Under the pieces are notes generated by a model that was not told where the DNA came from, made no database searches, and was given only the letters and a program-made list of their open reading frames with translations. A stretch of 64,000 bases of DNA, from the IMG/VR virus record IMGVR_UViG_3300047548_001236, positions 218,856 to 282,855 of that record; one strand, written 5' to 3'. Position numbers and translations under genes: made by a program. Position 1 is the first letter of the stretch. Every line of letters starts with the position of its first letter. Below are positions 9,033-18,074 of this stretch, in pieces.

Positions 9033-10185
9033 CAGAAACCCTTTCGTCGATTCTCATCCTCGTAACTTGGATCTCTCCCGACTTGTTGATCATTTTCAGA
9101 TCACCAGCGCGATATGAAACCTTAAACACGTCACGGCTTGCTCCAACTCGTGAACGAGCCTGTTTTAGATCTTTGAAGACAAACAAGTACGGGCTATTTA
9201 GTTCCTCTGTCTCCTGACCAGGAACATACACGACCTTCTTTCCGTACGTGTTATACAACCCTGGCCCGTATGTTCCGTTCCCGTTGTCTTTCAGAACCTT
9301 GTACCCGTAGAGGCGGAACTCAGGATCGTTTTCGTTCAACAGAGTGTAGTTTTTGGGTTTGGCTTCACCTAAAAAGCGTGTTGCCACCATAGTTTCAGTA
9401 TCAACGAGGAAGTATTCGCCGTCAGCGTTGACAACAACCGTTTTGAGATCACGTGAGAAAAGATCCTCCAAGTATTCCCCAGTCGACATCTCCTCTGTGA
9501 TTTCTTTATCACGTTCGTAGTAGGTGAACGATTCGATGTCCGCTAATACCTCCAGCGCACGTTCCAGTGTGAATTGTTCATCTTCGACTCGGAGACTGAT
9601 CTCACGACCGTATGTTCCACCAATTTGTGATTCCAGCTCCTGCCAAGATGTGGGCAGACCCTTATCAATGGCGGTCAGAATCATGCGGATGTGTTCGGGT
9701 TTACCAATATGGTATCCCTTTGCGGTGTATTTGGTCAACCTAAGAAGACTGTTTAACGGATATCGAGTATTGGGATTGAAACGAATTGTCTTGGATGCGA
9801 TGTCAGGATAAAAGTCTGGATGAAAGGTATGTTCCTTAGTATCGCAATCGAACGCGCCCATGCAAACAGTGAAGTCGAAATGCTCGAAGATCTTCTCAGC
9901 AGTCTCAAAGGTATCGTACGTCATGACTTGGATAATGCCACGTTCACCTTTGTCATTGGTGATGTCGTTTGATTTGAACGTGACAGCACGATCGGAGATG
10001 TTGACAACAAAACACCCATCTTCTTCAATCAGAGTGTAGAATGCGTCGATCATGGCCTTATCGGTCTTGGGATACACATCATAATCGTTCGTTTCAGTCT
10101 TCGTGGCTCGAGACAGAACAGCACCGCCAGCAATGAAACATCCTGGCAGGTTAACTTCATATCCTTTGGGCATTCTACTCATCAT
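9025..10185 (-). CDS. Pol-beta-superfamily nucleotidyltransferase (CCA-adding/poly(A) polymerase head-like) with C-terminal extension
   Basis: FIAGGAVLS...NDYDVY (AGG..DxD), FDFTVCMGAFD, RLTKYTAKGY; ATG at 10185 overlaps the upstream stop and has an AGGAGA SD. Confidence 0.7.
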   Translation of the reverse strand: MMSRMPKGYEVNLPGCFIAGGAVLSRATKTETNDYDVYPKTDKAMIDAFYTLIEEDGCFVVNISDRAVTFKSNDITNDKGERGIIQVMTYDTFETAEKIFEHFDFTVCMGAFDCDTKEHTFHPDFYPDIASKTIRFNPNTRYPLNSLLRLTKYTAKGYHIGKPEHIRMILTAIDKGLPTSWQELESQIGGTYGREISLRVEDEQFTLERALEVLADIESFTYYERDKEITEEMSTGEYLEDLFSRDLKTVVVNADGEYFLVDTETMVATRFLGEAKPKNYTLLNENDPEFRLYGYKVLKDNGNGTYGPGLYNTYGKKVVYVPGQETEELNSPYLFVFKDLKQARSRVGASRDVFKVSYRAGDLKMINKSGEIQVTRMRIDERVSDE

Positions 10186-10370
10186 GCATCTCCTGTTTTG
10201 TCTAACCAATCTTTCAACTTAATGTAGTCGCTTTCCACCATGTAGATGCAATTACCCGACCTCACGGCCTGTCCTTCGAGCACCTCAAGGAATTGATCCG
10301 ATCCATCTTCCTTATACAGTCGATGACCGCTGTGAACCACAATGATGTCCGTTCCCGTAAATGTATTCAT
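10182..10370 (-). CDS. Small hypothetical protein
   Basis: GGAG SD before ATG 10370; tight packing. Confidence 0.55.
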   Translation of the reverse strand: MNTFTGTDIIVVHSGHRLYKEDGSDQFLEVLEGQAVRSGNCIYMVESDYIKLKDWLDKTGDA

Positions 10371-10374
10371 TCGA

Positions 10375-10584
10375 CTAATCTCCAATCACGACTGTAGTTG
10401 TTGTGTAGCATTCAAAATCGATTCGCGTTTCAGATCCATCTGCATTGACTCGGTAGAGTTGGACAACGTGGTCGCTCTCGATCAATTCCGCAATCTCTTC
10501 GCGGACAACATTGATATCGTCTGAATCTCTCGTTGGTACGGACGGTCCACCACCACCGTAGCCTTGTGCCTTAATTCTGTACAT
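10375..10584 (-). CDS. Small hypothetical protein
   Basis: GAGG SD before ATG 10584; tight packing. Confidence 0.55.
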   Translation of the reverse strand: MYRIKAQGYGGGGPSVPTRDSDDINVVREEIAELIESDHVVQLYRVNADGSETRIDFECYTTTTVVIGD

Positions 10585-10849
10585 TGTGGTATTTCCTCTT
10601 GATTTCATTTTCGATTTCTACGGCCATGATATTTACAAGCTCGTGTTCGGGATTCAGACCCATAATAACCGAGAGATCGTGAATCAATTCGTTCGATGCA
10701 TTGCTTTCCAACATCAGCTCCGCACCGTTGACTACTGTTGAGAAATTATAGCTGATATCGTTCCAGGATTTTCCCTGCCGAATGCATTTAATGAAGTAGT
10801 CGACGCCATCAACAGTTACCGTGAAATCATCAAGAGTCATGCCATACAT
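10571..10849 (-). CDS. Hypothetical protein
   Basis: GGAG SD; overlaps neighbours by a few bases. Confidence 0.6.
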   Translation of the reverse strand: MYGMTLDDFTVTVDGVDYFIKCIRQGKSWNDISYNFSTVVNGAELMLESNASNELIHDLSVIMGLNPEHELVNIMAVEIENEIKRKYHNVQN

Positions 10850-11066
10850 CTCCAGGAAAGTCAGCTACCAAACGTTCATGATCGTTGGGATCATCGAACA
10901 CAAAATAATCCCAAGGCATGTCGTCTCCAGTGCATCGGTATGAGGATGATTTGATCCAAGTGTAGAAACGTTTGTATTTCGGTCCAAAACCTCTACTTCT
11001 ATAGTGCCTGATACCATCTTCACCGTCATACCAAAGGATGCCCAGGACGTCTGATTCGTTCACCAT
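10830..11066 (-). CDS. Hypothetical protein
   Basis: GAGGAG SD; tight packing. Confidence 0.55.
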   Translation of the reverse strand: MVNESDVLGILWYDGEDGIRHYRSRGFGPKYKRFYTWIKSSSYRCTGDDMPWDYFVFDDPNDHERLVADFPGDVWHDS

Positions 11067-11635
11067 ATCCGCAGCTCCTCGATATTGACTGGAGTGTAAT
11101 CGACTACCTCAACGCAAACATTGCGATAAGGTCCAGGAGGCGATTCCATGCTATGAATATGTCCGTGAACATTGAGCAGTTGCTTGGAGAAGTCCACGCT
11201 ACTGTAGAGACCGCTTTCGTGACGTGGATCGTGAGTTAGGATCAAGCCAAACTCAGGATACTTACGCCAGAACATCACTTTCTCAAATAGCCAGCGACCT
11301 TCTGAGTCTTTGCCAGAAAGATAACGAATGTCATCGTGGTTGCCAACAATCAGTCGCTTGTGGCCATTGAACTTACGCCAATCAACCTCGAACTTCGCCC
11401 GATGTTCAGGTGTGCGGTCATAGAAAACGTCCCCGAGGTGGTAGACGATGTCATTGGGTTTGACAACACTATTCCAGCCTTCGAGGATGCGTTCGTTCAT
11501 TTCTTCAACAGAATTGAAGTCACGAACACGACGGCCCTTGAAATCGTAGAACGTCAGTATATCCGGTTGGTTGAACCCCGGCTAATAGTGTGTATCAGAA
11601 ATAACCCAAATATCACGGGCTTTTCTCGTATACAC
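11060..11635 (-). pseudogene. Calcineurin-like metallophosphoesterase interrupted by an in-frame TAG at codon 18 (pseudogene or recoded gene)
   Basis: GGAGG SD (11645-11649) and GTG (11635) read MYTRKARDIWVISDTHY*PGFNQPDILTF...EEMNERILEGWNSVVKPNDIVYHLGD...GNHD...THDP...HGHIH. Motif I (DxH) lies upstream of the stop at 11582-11584, in the same frame as the rest. Confidence 0.8.
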
Positions 11636-11639
11636 ACTA

Positions 11640-12053
11640 TTAGACCTCCTTTCTCCTAGACCATCTCTCTCCATTTTCGTACCCTTCTATATTTTTCAAC
11701 GTGTCTTTTTGTTCAGGCCAATAATACGTAGTGTGCCTTATTTTGTGAAACAACTCATCTAGTGTTATAACATCATCTTGTTTTTTAGCTGATATGGAAC
11801 AGTTTTTTGAATGGGTAATTATGTTACAGTTCTCGACATGGTATAATATGTTAGGAAACACCCCAAGACGAAACCCACTGTTACGAGAAAACGTGTGGTC
11901 ACGTACTACACCGGTTGGGTTAGATTTCGCGTTGAATACCCCGATTTCGTTTATAACGGGGAACGACTCGACCATCAAATCAAACATACGGTATTTCCAG
12001 TCCGATTCAACGAAATAAATTTGATAGTCTGTTTTTTCCGAAAGAGGCAGCAT
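11640..12053 (-). CDS. Hypothetical protein (start uncertain)
   Basis: 137-codon minus-strand ORF filling the gap; no clear ATG/SD. Confidence 0.45.
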   Translation of the reverse strand: MLPLSEKTDYQIYFVESDWKYRMFDLMVESFPVINEIGVFNAKSNPTGVVRDHTFSRNSGFRLGVFPNILYHVENCNIITHSKNCSISAKKQDDVITLDELFHKIRHTTYYWPEQKDTLKNIEGYENGERWSRRKEV

Positions 12054-12085
12054 TGTAATGGGTGTCAGATATCACCCACATGTCT

Positions 12086-12463
12086 CTACTCATCAGACAC
12101 CTTCTTTCGTACAAACGACAATTTCTTACGGTCGATGTGGAAACTGAAATCGTTAGCCCACCGATCGCGTACTCTCTCGAGTGCGTTAGCGATTGATACG
12201 AACGCGCTGCGTTGCATCTCGTTTTTGGTCAGCTTCGATCCCTCTTCAAGAATAGCAATCTCGTCATTGAATGCTTTCAACAGCTTCGCTTCAAACGACG
12301 CAATGAACGCAATCTGTGCTTCGACCGCTTCCAGACGTTGGGTCAGCTTTTCAATCACTTCGTCTCTCGGATCGGGTTTAACCTCCGGTTTTTCATCAAC
12401 CGGAGGAGGGAGCTGAGTTAGCAGCTTCTTTGAGATTGGAACTTCTTTAACCTCTGCCATCAC
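12086..12463 (-). CDS. Hypothetical coiled-coil protein
   Basis: GTGA overlap with the upstream small ORF; helical composition. Confidence 0.6.
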   Translation of the reverse strand: MMAEVKEVPISKKLLTQLPPPVDEKPEVKPDPRDEVIEKLTQRLEAVEAQIAFIASFEAKLLKAFNDEIAILEEGSKLTKNEMQRSAFVSIANALERVRDRWANDFSFHIDRKKLSFVRKKVSDE

Positions 12464-12630
12464 ATGAGGAACCCTTCTTTCTGAACAGCTTTCTTTTCCA
12501 GGTCAGACAGACAAACGAACTTTGCAGTGAACTTACCATCAGCAAGTTTGACAGTGGTATATTCCACATACTTCAACTGCGTCTGGTTGATCTTACGAAT
12601 CAGCGAGGACAGCGTTTGATACGATTTCAT
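12460..12630 (-). CDS. Small hypothetical early protein, 56 aa (not in ORF track)
   Basis: MKSYQTLSSLIRKINQTQLKYVEYTTVKLADGKFTAKFVCLSDLEKKAVQKEGFLM; AAGGAG SD; directly after a sigma70-type promoter. Confidence 0.65.
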   Translation of the reverse strand: MKSYQTLSSLIRKINQTQLKYVEYTTVKLADGKFTAKFVCLSDLEKKAVQKEGFLM

Positions 12631-12653
12631 TGTCGGTCTCCTTGTCTACCTCT

Positions 12654-12682
12654 AATATAGGAGAGTGAACTGACGGAGTCAA
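12654..12682 (-). promoter_or_regulatory. Sigma70-type early promoter TTGACT-N17-TATATT
   Basis: Exact 17-nt spacer; the -35 box is flanked by a 10-bp inverted repeat. Confidence 0.75.
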
Positions 12683-12685
12683 CCG

Positions 12686-13792
12686 TCAGTTCTTTAGCAA
12701 CGTGATTTTATCTGATGCACGGGTGATCGCAGTATACAACCAACGTTGCCATACATCTCTAAAACACCACGACTCATCGTAGATCAACACATTATCCCAC
12801 TGACTACCTTGACTTTTGTGGCACGTGATAGCGTATCCATAGTCAAACTCTTGCGACCCTTTCAGCGTTTTCCAGTCAGGTTTAGCAGCGTCACTAACAA
12901 AGAAGCTCTTGTGGACCTTGACTTTAACAGGCAACTCATTAGTACCATCATCACGATCCAATGTGTAATGGAAAAAGTTGGTCTTGTACTTCTGTTGGTT
13001 AATGCTCCAGATCGTAAACATTCCACCGTTGAAGATGCCCAAGTCATGGTCATTCTTCAAACAGATTAACCGATCCCCTACAACAGGAGCGTCTGGATCC
13101 AGTTTCAACAGCTTACGGACTTTGCGATTGAGGTCATCTCTTGTTACGTTTCGCCCGACAAGAATTTGACTCGCATTCAAAGCGTCTTGAGATGAGATCT
13201 TGCTAACGACACGACTTTCACCATAATCACCGAAATCGGGATATGTTCCGTTTCGGACTTGCGTTGCAAGATACACGATCGGGTTATCTTCTGCTTGACG
13301 GTGAATCTCTGTCAGCATCACATCAGGCTTTGCATCCGTGAAGAAACCAGCACCTGAGACGGGAGGAAGTTGTGCAGGATCGCCGAGCACGAGAATTGGT
13401 TTTCGGAATGAAAGTAGATCCTTCGCCATTTTTTCGTCGACCATTGAACATTCGTCAATAATCAGCAAGGCAGCATCTTTCAAAATGCTACCATTCCGAT
13501 TGAGACGGAATGTCACTTCGCCGGTTTTGTCATCGACATCTGCAATATAGATCAAGCTATGGATTGTACGTGCTCCGACACATCCATTCTTTTGCATGAC
13601 AAGCGCAGCTTTGCCTGTGAAAGCTGCATACAGAACATCACCATCGATTGTCTCAGCGAAATGCCTCGCGAGAGTCGACTTGCCCGTCCCTGCATACCCA
13701 AACACACGGAAGATTTGCTTCTTCTTGGATTCTTGATAGAACCACTTATCGACAGCCTTCAAGGCTGCTTCTTGTTGGGGTGACCATTTCAT
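12686..13792 (-). CDS. dda: SF1B helicase (Dda/RecD-like)
   Basis: Walker A GYAGTGKST, Walker B IIDECSM, LGDPAQLPPV, LTEIHRQ, YAITCHKSQGSQW, YTAITRA. Confidence 0.9.
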   Translation of the reverse strand: MKWSPQQEAALKAVDKWFYQESKKKQIFRVFGYAGTGKSTLARHFAETIDGDVLYAAFTGKAALVMQKNGCVGARTIHSLIYIADVDDKTGEVTFRLNRNGSILKDAALLIIDECSMVDEKMAKDLLSFRKPILVLGDPAQLPPVSGAGFFTDAKPDVMLTEIHRQAEDNPIVYLATQVRNGTYPDFGDYGESRVVSKISSQDALNASQILVGRNVTRDDLNRKVRKLLKLDPDAPVVGDRLICLKNDHDLGIFNGGMFTIWSINQQKYKTNFFHYTLDRDDGTNELPVKVKVHKSFFVSDAAKPDWKTLKGSQEFDYGYAITCHKSQGSQWDNVLIYDESWCFRDVWQRWLYTAITRASDKITLLKN

Positions 13793-13794
13793 TG

Positions 13795-14013
13795 TTATTT
13801 CCCGTTATCAATGAATTCGATTGCTTGAGATTCCCACTCTGCAATATCGGAAACATCCGGTCCAAAAACAGGACTGTAGGTCATCGATACCTGACGTTCA
13901 AGAAGAACCTTAGCACCTTCTTTAATTGTCAGCACTCCGTAAAACTCATCTGTTTGCTTAACAGAACACTGATACTTGTTGTCCAGATCTGCTTTCCACA
14001 GAACGTCTTTCAT
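13795..14013 (-). CDS. Small hypothetical protein
   Basis: GAGG SD; ATGA overlap upstream. Confidence 0.55.
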   Translation of the reverse strand: MKDVLWKADLDNKYQCSVKQTDEFYGVLTIKEGAKVLLERQVSMTYSPVFGPDVSDIAEWESQAIEFIDNGK

Positions 14014-14264
14014 AATGCATTCCTCGCTTCATTGAATGTCATCTCATCAACGATCTGTATCTCCGAATCCGTTTCAATCCAGGCACGAGCACCGCATGAG
14101 AGTTGTGAACCATTGTATACCAATTTCGATGGTCCGTCAATCAGTACCTCTCGGCCATACCTGACAGTTTTGCCCGTCTTGATCGTATATACAGGTCTAT
14201 CTAAACCGTCCTTTGCATTCATCGCTATGTGCTGACGGTTGACGTGGATAATGTGCTTTGTCAT
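14010..14264 (-). CDS. Conserved-looking small phage protein
   Basis: IHVNRQHI...YNGSQLSCGARAWIET pattern recalled from small phage proteins; tight packing. Confidence 0.6.
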   Translation of the reverse strand: MTKHIIHVNRQHIAMNAKDGLDRPVYTIKTGKTVRYGREVLIDGPSKLVYNGSQLSCGARAWIETDSEIQIVDEMTFNEARNAL

Positions 14265-14265
14265 A

Positions 14266-14775
14266 TTAACCGACCCTCTTCTCTACAATAGCTTTAGGTA
14301 GAATAACAAAGCCATCAAATCCAGGGACAACATGAACAGACCACGCATTAAACACACGTCCCCTATACGGATCGTTGTAAGCAAGGTCTGTCTTAAACAT
14401 CATCGGACTGTAAAAGTAAGGTGTGTTGATGTCGGATTCATGAACCGTTTGAAAATACGTGTCTTCACCCATTACGACAACGTAATCATCTGGTGTGATT
14501 GTTGTATTGAAATCGTATTCATAGTTGTGAATTGCTTTCATGATTTTATCGGAAAGCAGCTTACACTTAGCGGGAGTGTAATCGTACATTTCAGTAACTA
14601 CATCATCGTAGTAAGGTTGTAGATACCCACGTTTGACCATTTGATTGAAAACCCAATCAAATAGATCTCGTGTCACATGCCAACCCTTGAACATGTTCGA
14701 TTTCTTGTATGCATCCTCGACAAGTAGCTTTTTGCTGATTCGATTGACTTTTGCATAACGAATTGTGTCTCTCAT
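14266..14775 (-). CDS. Hypothetical protein
   Basis: GAGGTG SD before ATG 14775. Confidence 0.6.
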   Translation of the reverse strand: MRDTIRYAKVNRISKKLLVEDAYKKSNMFKGWHVTRDLFDWVFNQMVKRGYLQPYYDDVVTEMYDYTPAKCKLLSDKIMKAIHNYEYDFNTTITPDDYVVVMGEDTYFQTVHESDINTPYFYSPMMFKTDLAYNDPYRGRVFNAWSVHVVPGFDGFVILPKAIVEKRVG

Positions 14776-14798
14776 ATTCACCTCATAAATGTAAATGG

Positions 14799-14820
14799 GT
14801 GAGGAGCCGAAGCTCCTCAC
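14799..14820 (-). terminator. C(UUCG)G hairpin, terminator- or processing-like
   Basis: GTGAGGAGC-TTCG-GCTCCTCAC, 9-bp stem at the stop of the upstream ORF; weak U-tract. Confidence 0.5.
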
Positions 14821-15044
14821 CCTCTGTAATGACCTACTCCCTCGTAGTCACATTCCCACTGTCCACATTCAGGACAACGATCTTTCCGATGAGGATATCC
14901 GTACCCATTCAGATCTTTACGATCCTTAAAGAACGTCTTTGGCGTTCCGTCAGGATACCGTAGACCTTTGTTGCGCTCATCGTTCATTTTCCAAATGAGC
15001 CCCATCATCACAGCATCGTCAAATGGTGTCTTTTCAGTATACAT
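14817..15044 (-). CDS. Small protein with C-terminal Cys cluster (CPECGQWEC)
   Basis: GGAGGT SD; CxxC motif. Confidence 0.55.
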   Translation of the reverse strand: MYTEKTPFDDAVMMGLIWKMNDERNKGLRYPDGTPKTFFKDRKDLNGYGYPHRKDRCPECGQWECDYEGVGHYRG

Positions 15045-15046
15045 GA

Positions 15047-16492
15047 TTAGTACCTCCCAGTTTCACGAGGAATGTATTCGCTTTCCATCAAAGCAGCTCG
15101 CTTGCGAATTGCTTCGAACGTGTCTTCGATCAACAGCTCACCGTTCTTGAACACGGTCCGCAGAATGTTTTGCTTGGATACCTCCTCGGGCAGCGTTCTG
15201 AAACCGCAAGAACCAATACCACACTGGTATTCGAGAGCAAGACGGCCTTTTTTGGACTGCTTGCCCTTGTCAGTGATCGGGTCTTTACTGAAACCTTCCC
15301 ACTCACCGTTGTTGATACGAATGGCCGAAGCCTTCATCGCATATTTCAGCGAATCGCGGTTCCAAGCCTGCAGAAGACCACCGCCCATACCGAAGGCGAT
15401 GTTATCGGCACTGAACCCAGCAGCTTTGAGGTTCTCAAGGATAATGGGCAACGTGTGTTCGTTGATACCATCTCCCTGAATCACTCGGATGTAAGGAGGA
15501 AGGACTTTATATCCCTTACTGTTGATCGTGTATCCAAACTTCTCAGCAAGGATCTTAACGACCTCGACAGGAACTGTTTCGGGATCACCACTGTCAGGAC
15601 GTACCACCAAGGTGCCGCCCATGTTGACGATCTTATCTTTCAGCTTGTCGCCCCAAAGATCACGGCATGCCGCATAGATGTCAAAGCTGTCCGAGACACA
15701 TGCAAGGATCTTGCCAGGCCCACCAAACTTGTCCAGCATGTTTTCGAATGCCTTAACTTCGTTTTCACGGCCCCAAGAAGTAATCGTGCTGTGTTCAGAA
15801 GCGGGAATTGAGAATCCAACAACCTGATCAGTGTTGTAGTACGCCATCACCCCTTCAAGAGCTTCGAACGTGTCGGTGCCCATGAAGTTGACAAGGTGTC
15901 CCATACCACCAAGGATTGCTGTTTCACCCGAGCTGGCACCACGAGCACCAAAGTCGTGCAGTTTGAACGTCAGTTGATCCATCACAGGAACATCCGACGT
16001 TTCGTGTAGGGCTTTAGCAATAAGCACCTTCATCTTGCGGCTCTTGGTCGCAACAGTGGAAGGATACCATACACCACGCAGCAGAGCGGTTTCAATGTAC
16101 GAGGTCAGCCACCACAGACGAGGATCGGTGTTGACAACCTGCACTTGAACGTTGTGAGTTTCCATGAACGTTCCTTCCGGAACAGCCTGGATCTCGAGAG
16201 GGAGAAGCCCACCATACTCTTTGACGATGATCTCCCAACCTTCACGGTTGAAAGGCAGGCCATGTGCAGTAACAATACGCTCTGCACGATCGATATCCTT
16301 CATCGTGATCGGAGTCAGTAGGTAGTCTTTGATGAATGCTTGCAGTCCAAAGAATACCGACATATCTTCACCACCACGTGACTCGATGTACGAGCTGATG
16401 TGAGTGGTTCCCTTGGGATATTGCATCCATTGGCTGAACTTGTAGCTGTCGGTGCGAACGATGGTACTGATAAAGCTAAGTACAGTCTTCAT
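15047..16492 (-). CDS. nadV: Nicotinamide phosphoribosyltransferase
   Basis: RTDSYKFSQW, LHDFGARG, SIPASEHSTIT, VSDSFD, VVRPDSGDP, IQGDGI, AFGMGGGLLQ. Confidence 0.95.
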   Translation of the reverse strand: MKTVLSFISTIVRTDSYKFSQWMQYPKGTTHISSYIESRGGEDMSVFFGLQAFIKDYLLTPITMKDIDRAERIVTAHGLPFNREGWEIIVKEYGGLLPLEIQAVPEGTFMETHNVQVQVVNTDPRLWWLTSYIETALLRGVWYPSTVATKSRKMKVLIAKALHETSDVPVMDQLTFKLHDFGARGASSGETAILGGMGHLVNFMGTDTFEALEGVMAYYNTDQVVGFSIPASEHSTITSWGRENEVKAFENMLDKFGGPGKILACVSDSFDIYAACRDLWGDKLKDKIVNMGGTLVVRPDSGDPETVPVEVVKILAEKFGYTINSKGYKVLPPYIRVIQGDGINEHTLPIILENLKAAGFSADNIAFGMGGGLLQAWNRDSLKYAMKASAIRINNGEWEGFSKDPITDKGKQSKKGRLALEYQCGIGSCGFRTLPEEVSKQNILRTVFKNGELLIEDTFEAIRKRAALMESEYIPRETGRY

Positions 16493-16544
16493 AATAGAAA
16501 CTCCTTCTATTGTTTGTGTTATGCCAAGACTCTCTGTCCTGGGC
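16493..16544 (-). promoter_or_regulatory. Tandem hairpin leader element (AGAGA loop plus GGAGU SD loop) of nadV
   Basis: mRNA GCCCAGGAC-AGAGA-GUCUUGGC AUAACACAAAC AAUAGAA-GGAGU-UUCUAUU AUG. Confidence 0.8.
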
Positions 16545-16549
16545 TTTGT

Positions 16550-16849
16550 TTAAGCAGCGGCTGGTTTAGCCTCCTGCCATTCTTTAGTCCACCGATCCAG
16601 TTCTTTGTAACCAGTGGGCCAATCATTCAAACCGAGGTCGGTCAGCTTACCGCAGCAGGGGCATTTGAAACATACTGCAGGGTCGCGATAACCCCAAGTA
16701 ACTTCTCCACCCGTCCCCGGAAAATACTTGAGATCGTTGAACTCAATCTCCAACAGAGCGTTACAACCTTCGCCACCATTACCCCATGCAGTACAACGAT
16801 GGCGCATAGCCCATTTTTCGCCAACTCGGCCAGGTTCGATGATTTTCAT
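16550..16849 (-). CDS. Small Cys-rich (probable Zn-binding) hypothetical protein in the NAD cluster
   Basis: C..C and CFKCPCC motifs; GAGGAG SD. Confidence 0.6.
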   Translation of the reverse strand: MKIIEPGRVGEKWAMRHRCTAWGNGGEGCNALLEIEFNDLKYFPGTGGEVTWGYRDPAVCFKCPCCGKLTDLGLNDWPTGYKELDRWTKEWQEAKPAAA

Positions 16850-16861
16850 ATTATGTTCTCC

Positions 16862-17962
16862 TCACAGTACAGGAACAAAATAGTCGATCATGAAAGCATG
16901 ATCTTCGAAGAACCGATCGCGCTGCTTTCCAATCTCATTCAGTGGAACCCAAAACGCTTTTTCAGCATCATCAGATCCTTTCACTTTGGGAAGCTCGCCA
17001 ACACCAAGATCGATGTAGAACGCTTGGGTGATGGTACGCCCACGAGCCGAACGATTCGGAGCATCAAAAGTCTTGGATGCCTTGATAGACCCCTTTAGAA
17101 CAGCAACAGGAACCTTGATCTTGGTTTCTTCTTTCAACTCACGAATGCAACCATCAACCATCGTCTCTTCTTGGTTGAGGAACCCTCCGGGTAATGCCCA
17201 TAAATTTTTTCCCGGCATGTCACCGCGCTTGACAAGCAGGATGTGACCCGACTGAACCACAACAGCATCGACAGTCATGAAGGTCGGCGGGAACGGTGCA
17301 GCCTTCCACGCCTCTTTGTACTTCTTGATCATCTGGTATTCAACAAGAAGTTTACCCCATGCTCCACCAGTATTACTGTTATTTGAGATAATCCGTTTCA
17401 TTTCCCAATGAGATTGTGAAGGCATAACTTCCCTGATGGAATCGTATTCCTCGTAATCAGTGGAATCAAAAAGCGACTTTCGAATGTCGGTGGCATTGAT
17501 ACCATCGACGTTAGGCACTTCAACATGGTTCTTCCACTTCGGGAAGATATTCAAGTAGTAGCTAGTGTGATCTTTCGAGTGACCAATCAGGCCAACATCG
17601 TTGAAATGCGGGCCGAGTGTTTCATCAACGACCTTCTGCACTGCATTGACCCACTTGTTGTCGTCATAGGGGTAGTCAGAGACAGGGACAACGAGAACAC
17701 GAGGGCTGGTTGCGAAGCCTTTGAGACTGCCAGCATCCCATGAGACGACTTCGTCCTTATAGACAGCATCGATCATGGCCTTGCGTTCTTGGAATGTGAA
17801 GGGATTTCGAATGCTCCGAGCAGCGAAACTGGATCCGACTACAACGACAACCTGTTTGGCTTGCTTGAGCGCGGCATCAATGACCGCCTTGTGTCCATTA
17901 TGAAACGGCTGGAATCTCCCTACAAACACAAGAGCATCCCGCATTTTAGTGGTATTTGACAT
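16862..17962 (-). CDS. nadM: Bifunctional NMN adenylyltransferase / ADP-ribose Nudix hydrolase (NadM-Nudix)
   Basis: GRFQPFHNGH (HxGH), RNPF, INATDIR; Nudix box GGFLNQEETMVDGCIRELKEETKI; GSDDAEKAFW. Confidence 0.95.
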   Translation of the reverse strand: MSNTTKMRDALVFVGRFQPFHNGHKAVIDAALKQAKQVVVVVGSSFAARSIRNPFTFQERKAMIDAVYKDEVVSWDAGSLKGFATSPRVLVVPVSDYPYDDNKWVNAVQKVVDETLGPHFNDVGLIGHSKDHTSYYLNIFPKWKNHVEVPNVDGINATDIRKSLFDSTDYEEYDSIREVMPSQSHWEMKRIISNNSNTGGAWGKLLVEYQMIKKYKEAWKAAPFPPTFMTVDAVVVQSGHILLVKRGDMPGKNLWALPGGFLNQEETMVDGCIRELKEETKIKVPVAVLKGSIKASKTFDAPNRSARGRTITQAFYIDLGVGELPKVKGSDDAEKAFWVPLNEIGKQRDRFFEDHAFMIDYFVPVL

Positions 17963-18010
17963 ATTAGAACTCCTCTAATGTATAAATAGTTTCGCAATCT
18001 CTTTGCAAAA
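17963..18010 (-). promoter_or_regulatory. Tandem hairpin leader element (AGAGA loop plus GGAGU SD loop) of nadM-Nudix
   Basis: mRNA UUUUGCAA-AGAGA-UUGCGAAA CUAUUUAUAC AUUAGA-GGAGU-UCUAAU AUG. Confidence 0.8.
17981..17988 (+). promoter_or_regulatory. T4-type late promoter TATAAATA for the homing endonuclease
   Basis: Exact T4 late consensus 86 nt upstream of the endonuclease ATG. Confidence 0.6.
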
Positions 18011-18074
18011 CGTTCTTCGCGGTAGTACCAATACCCAAGAACTCTACGATAAACAGTTTAGGAGCATCGCAGCT

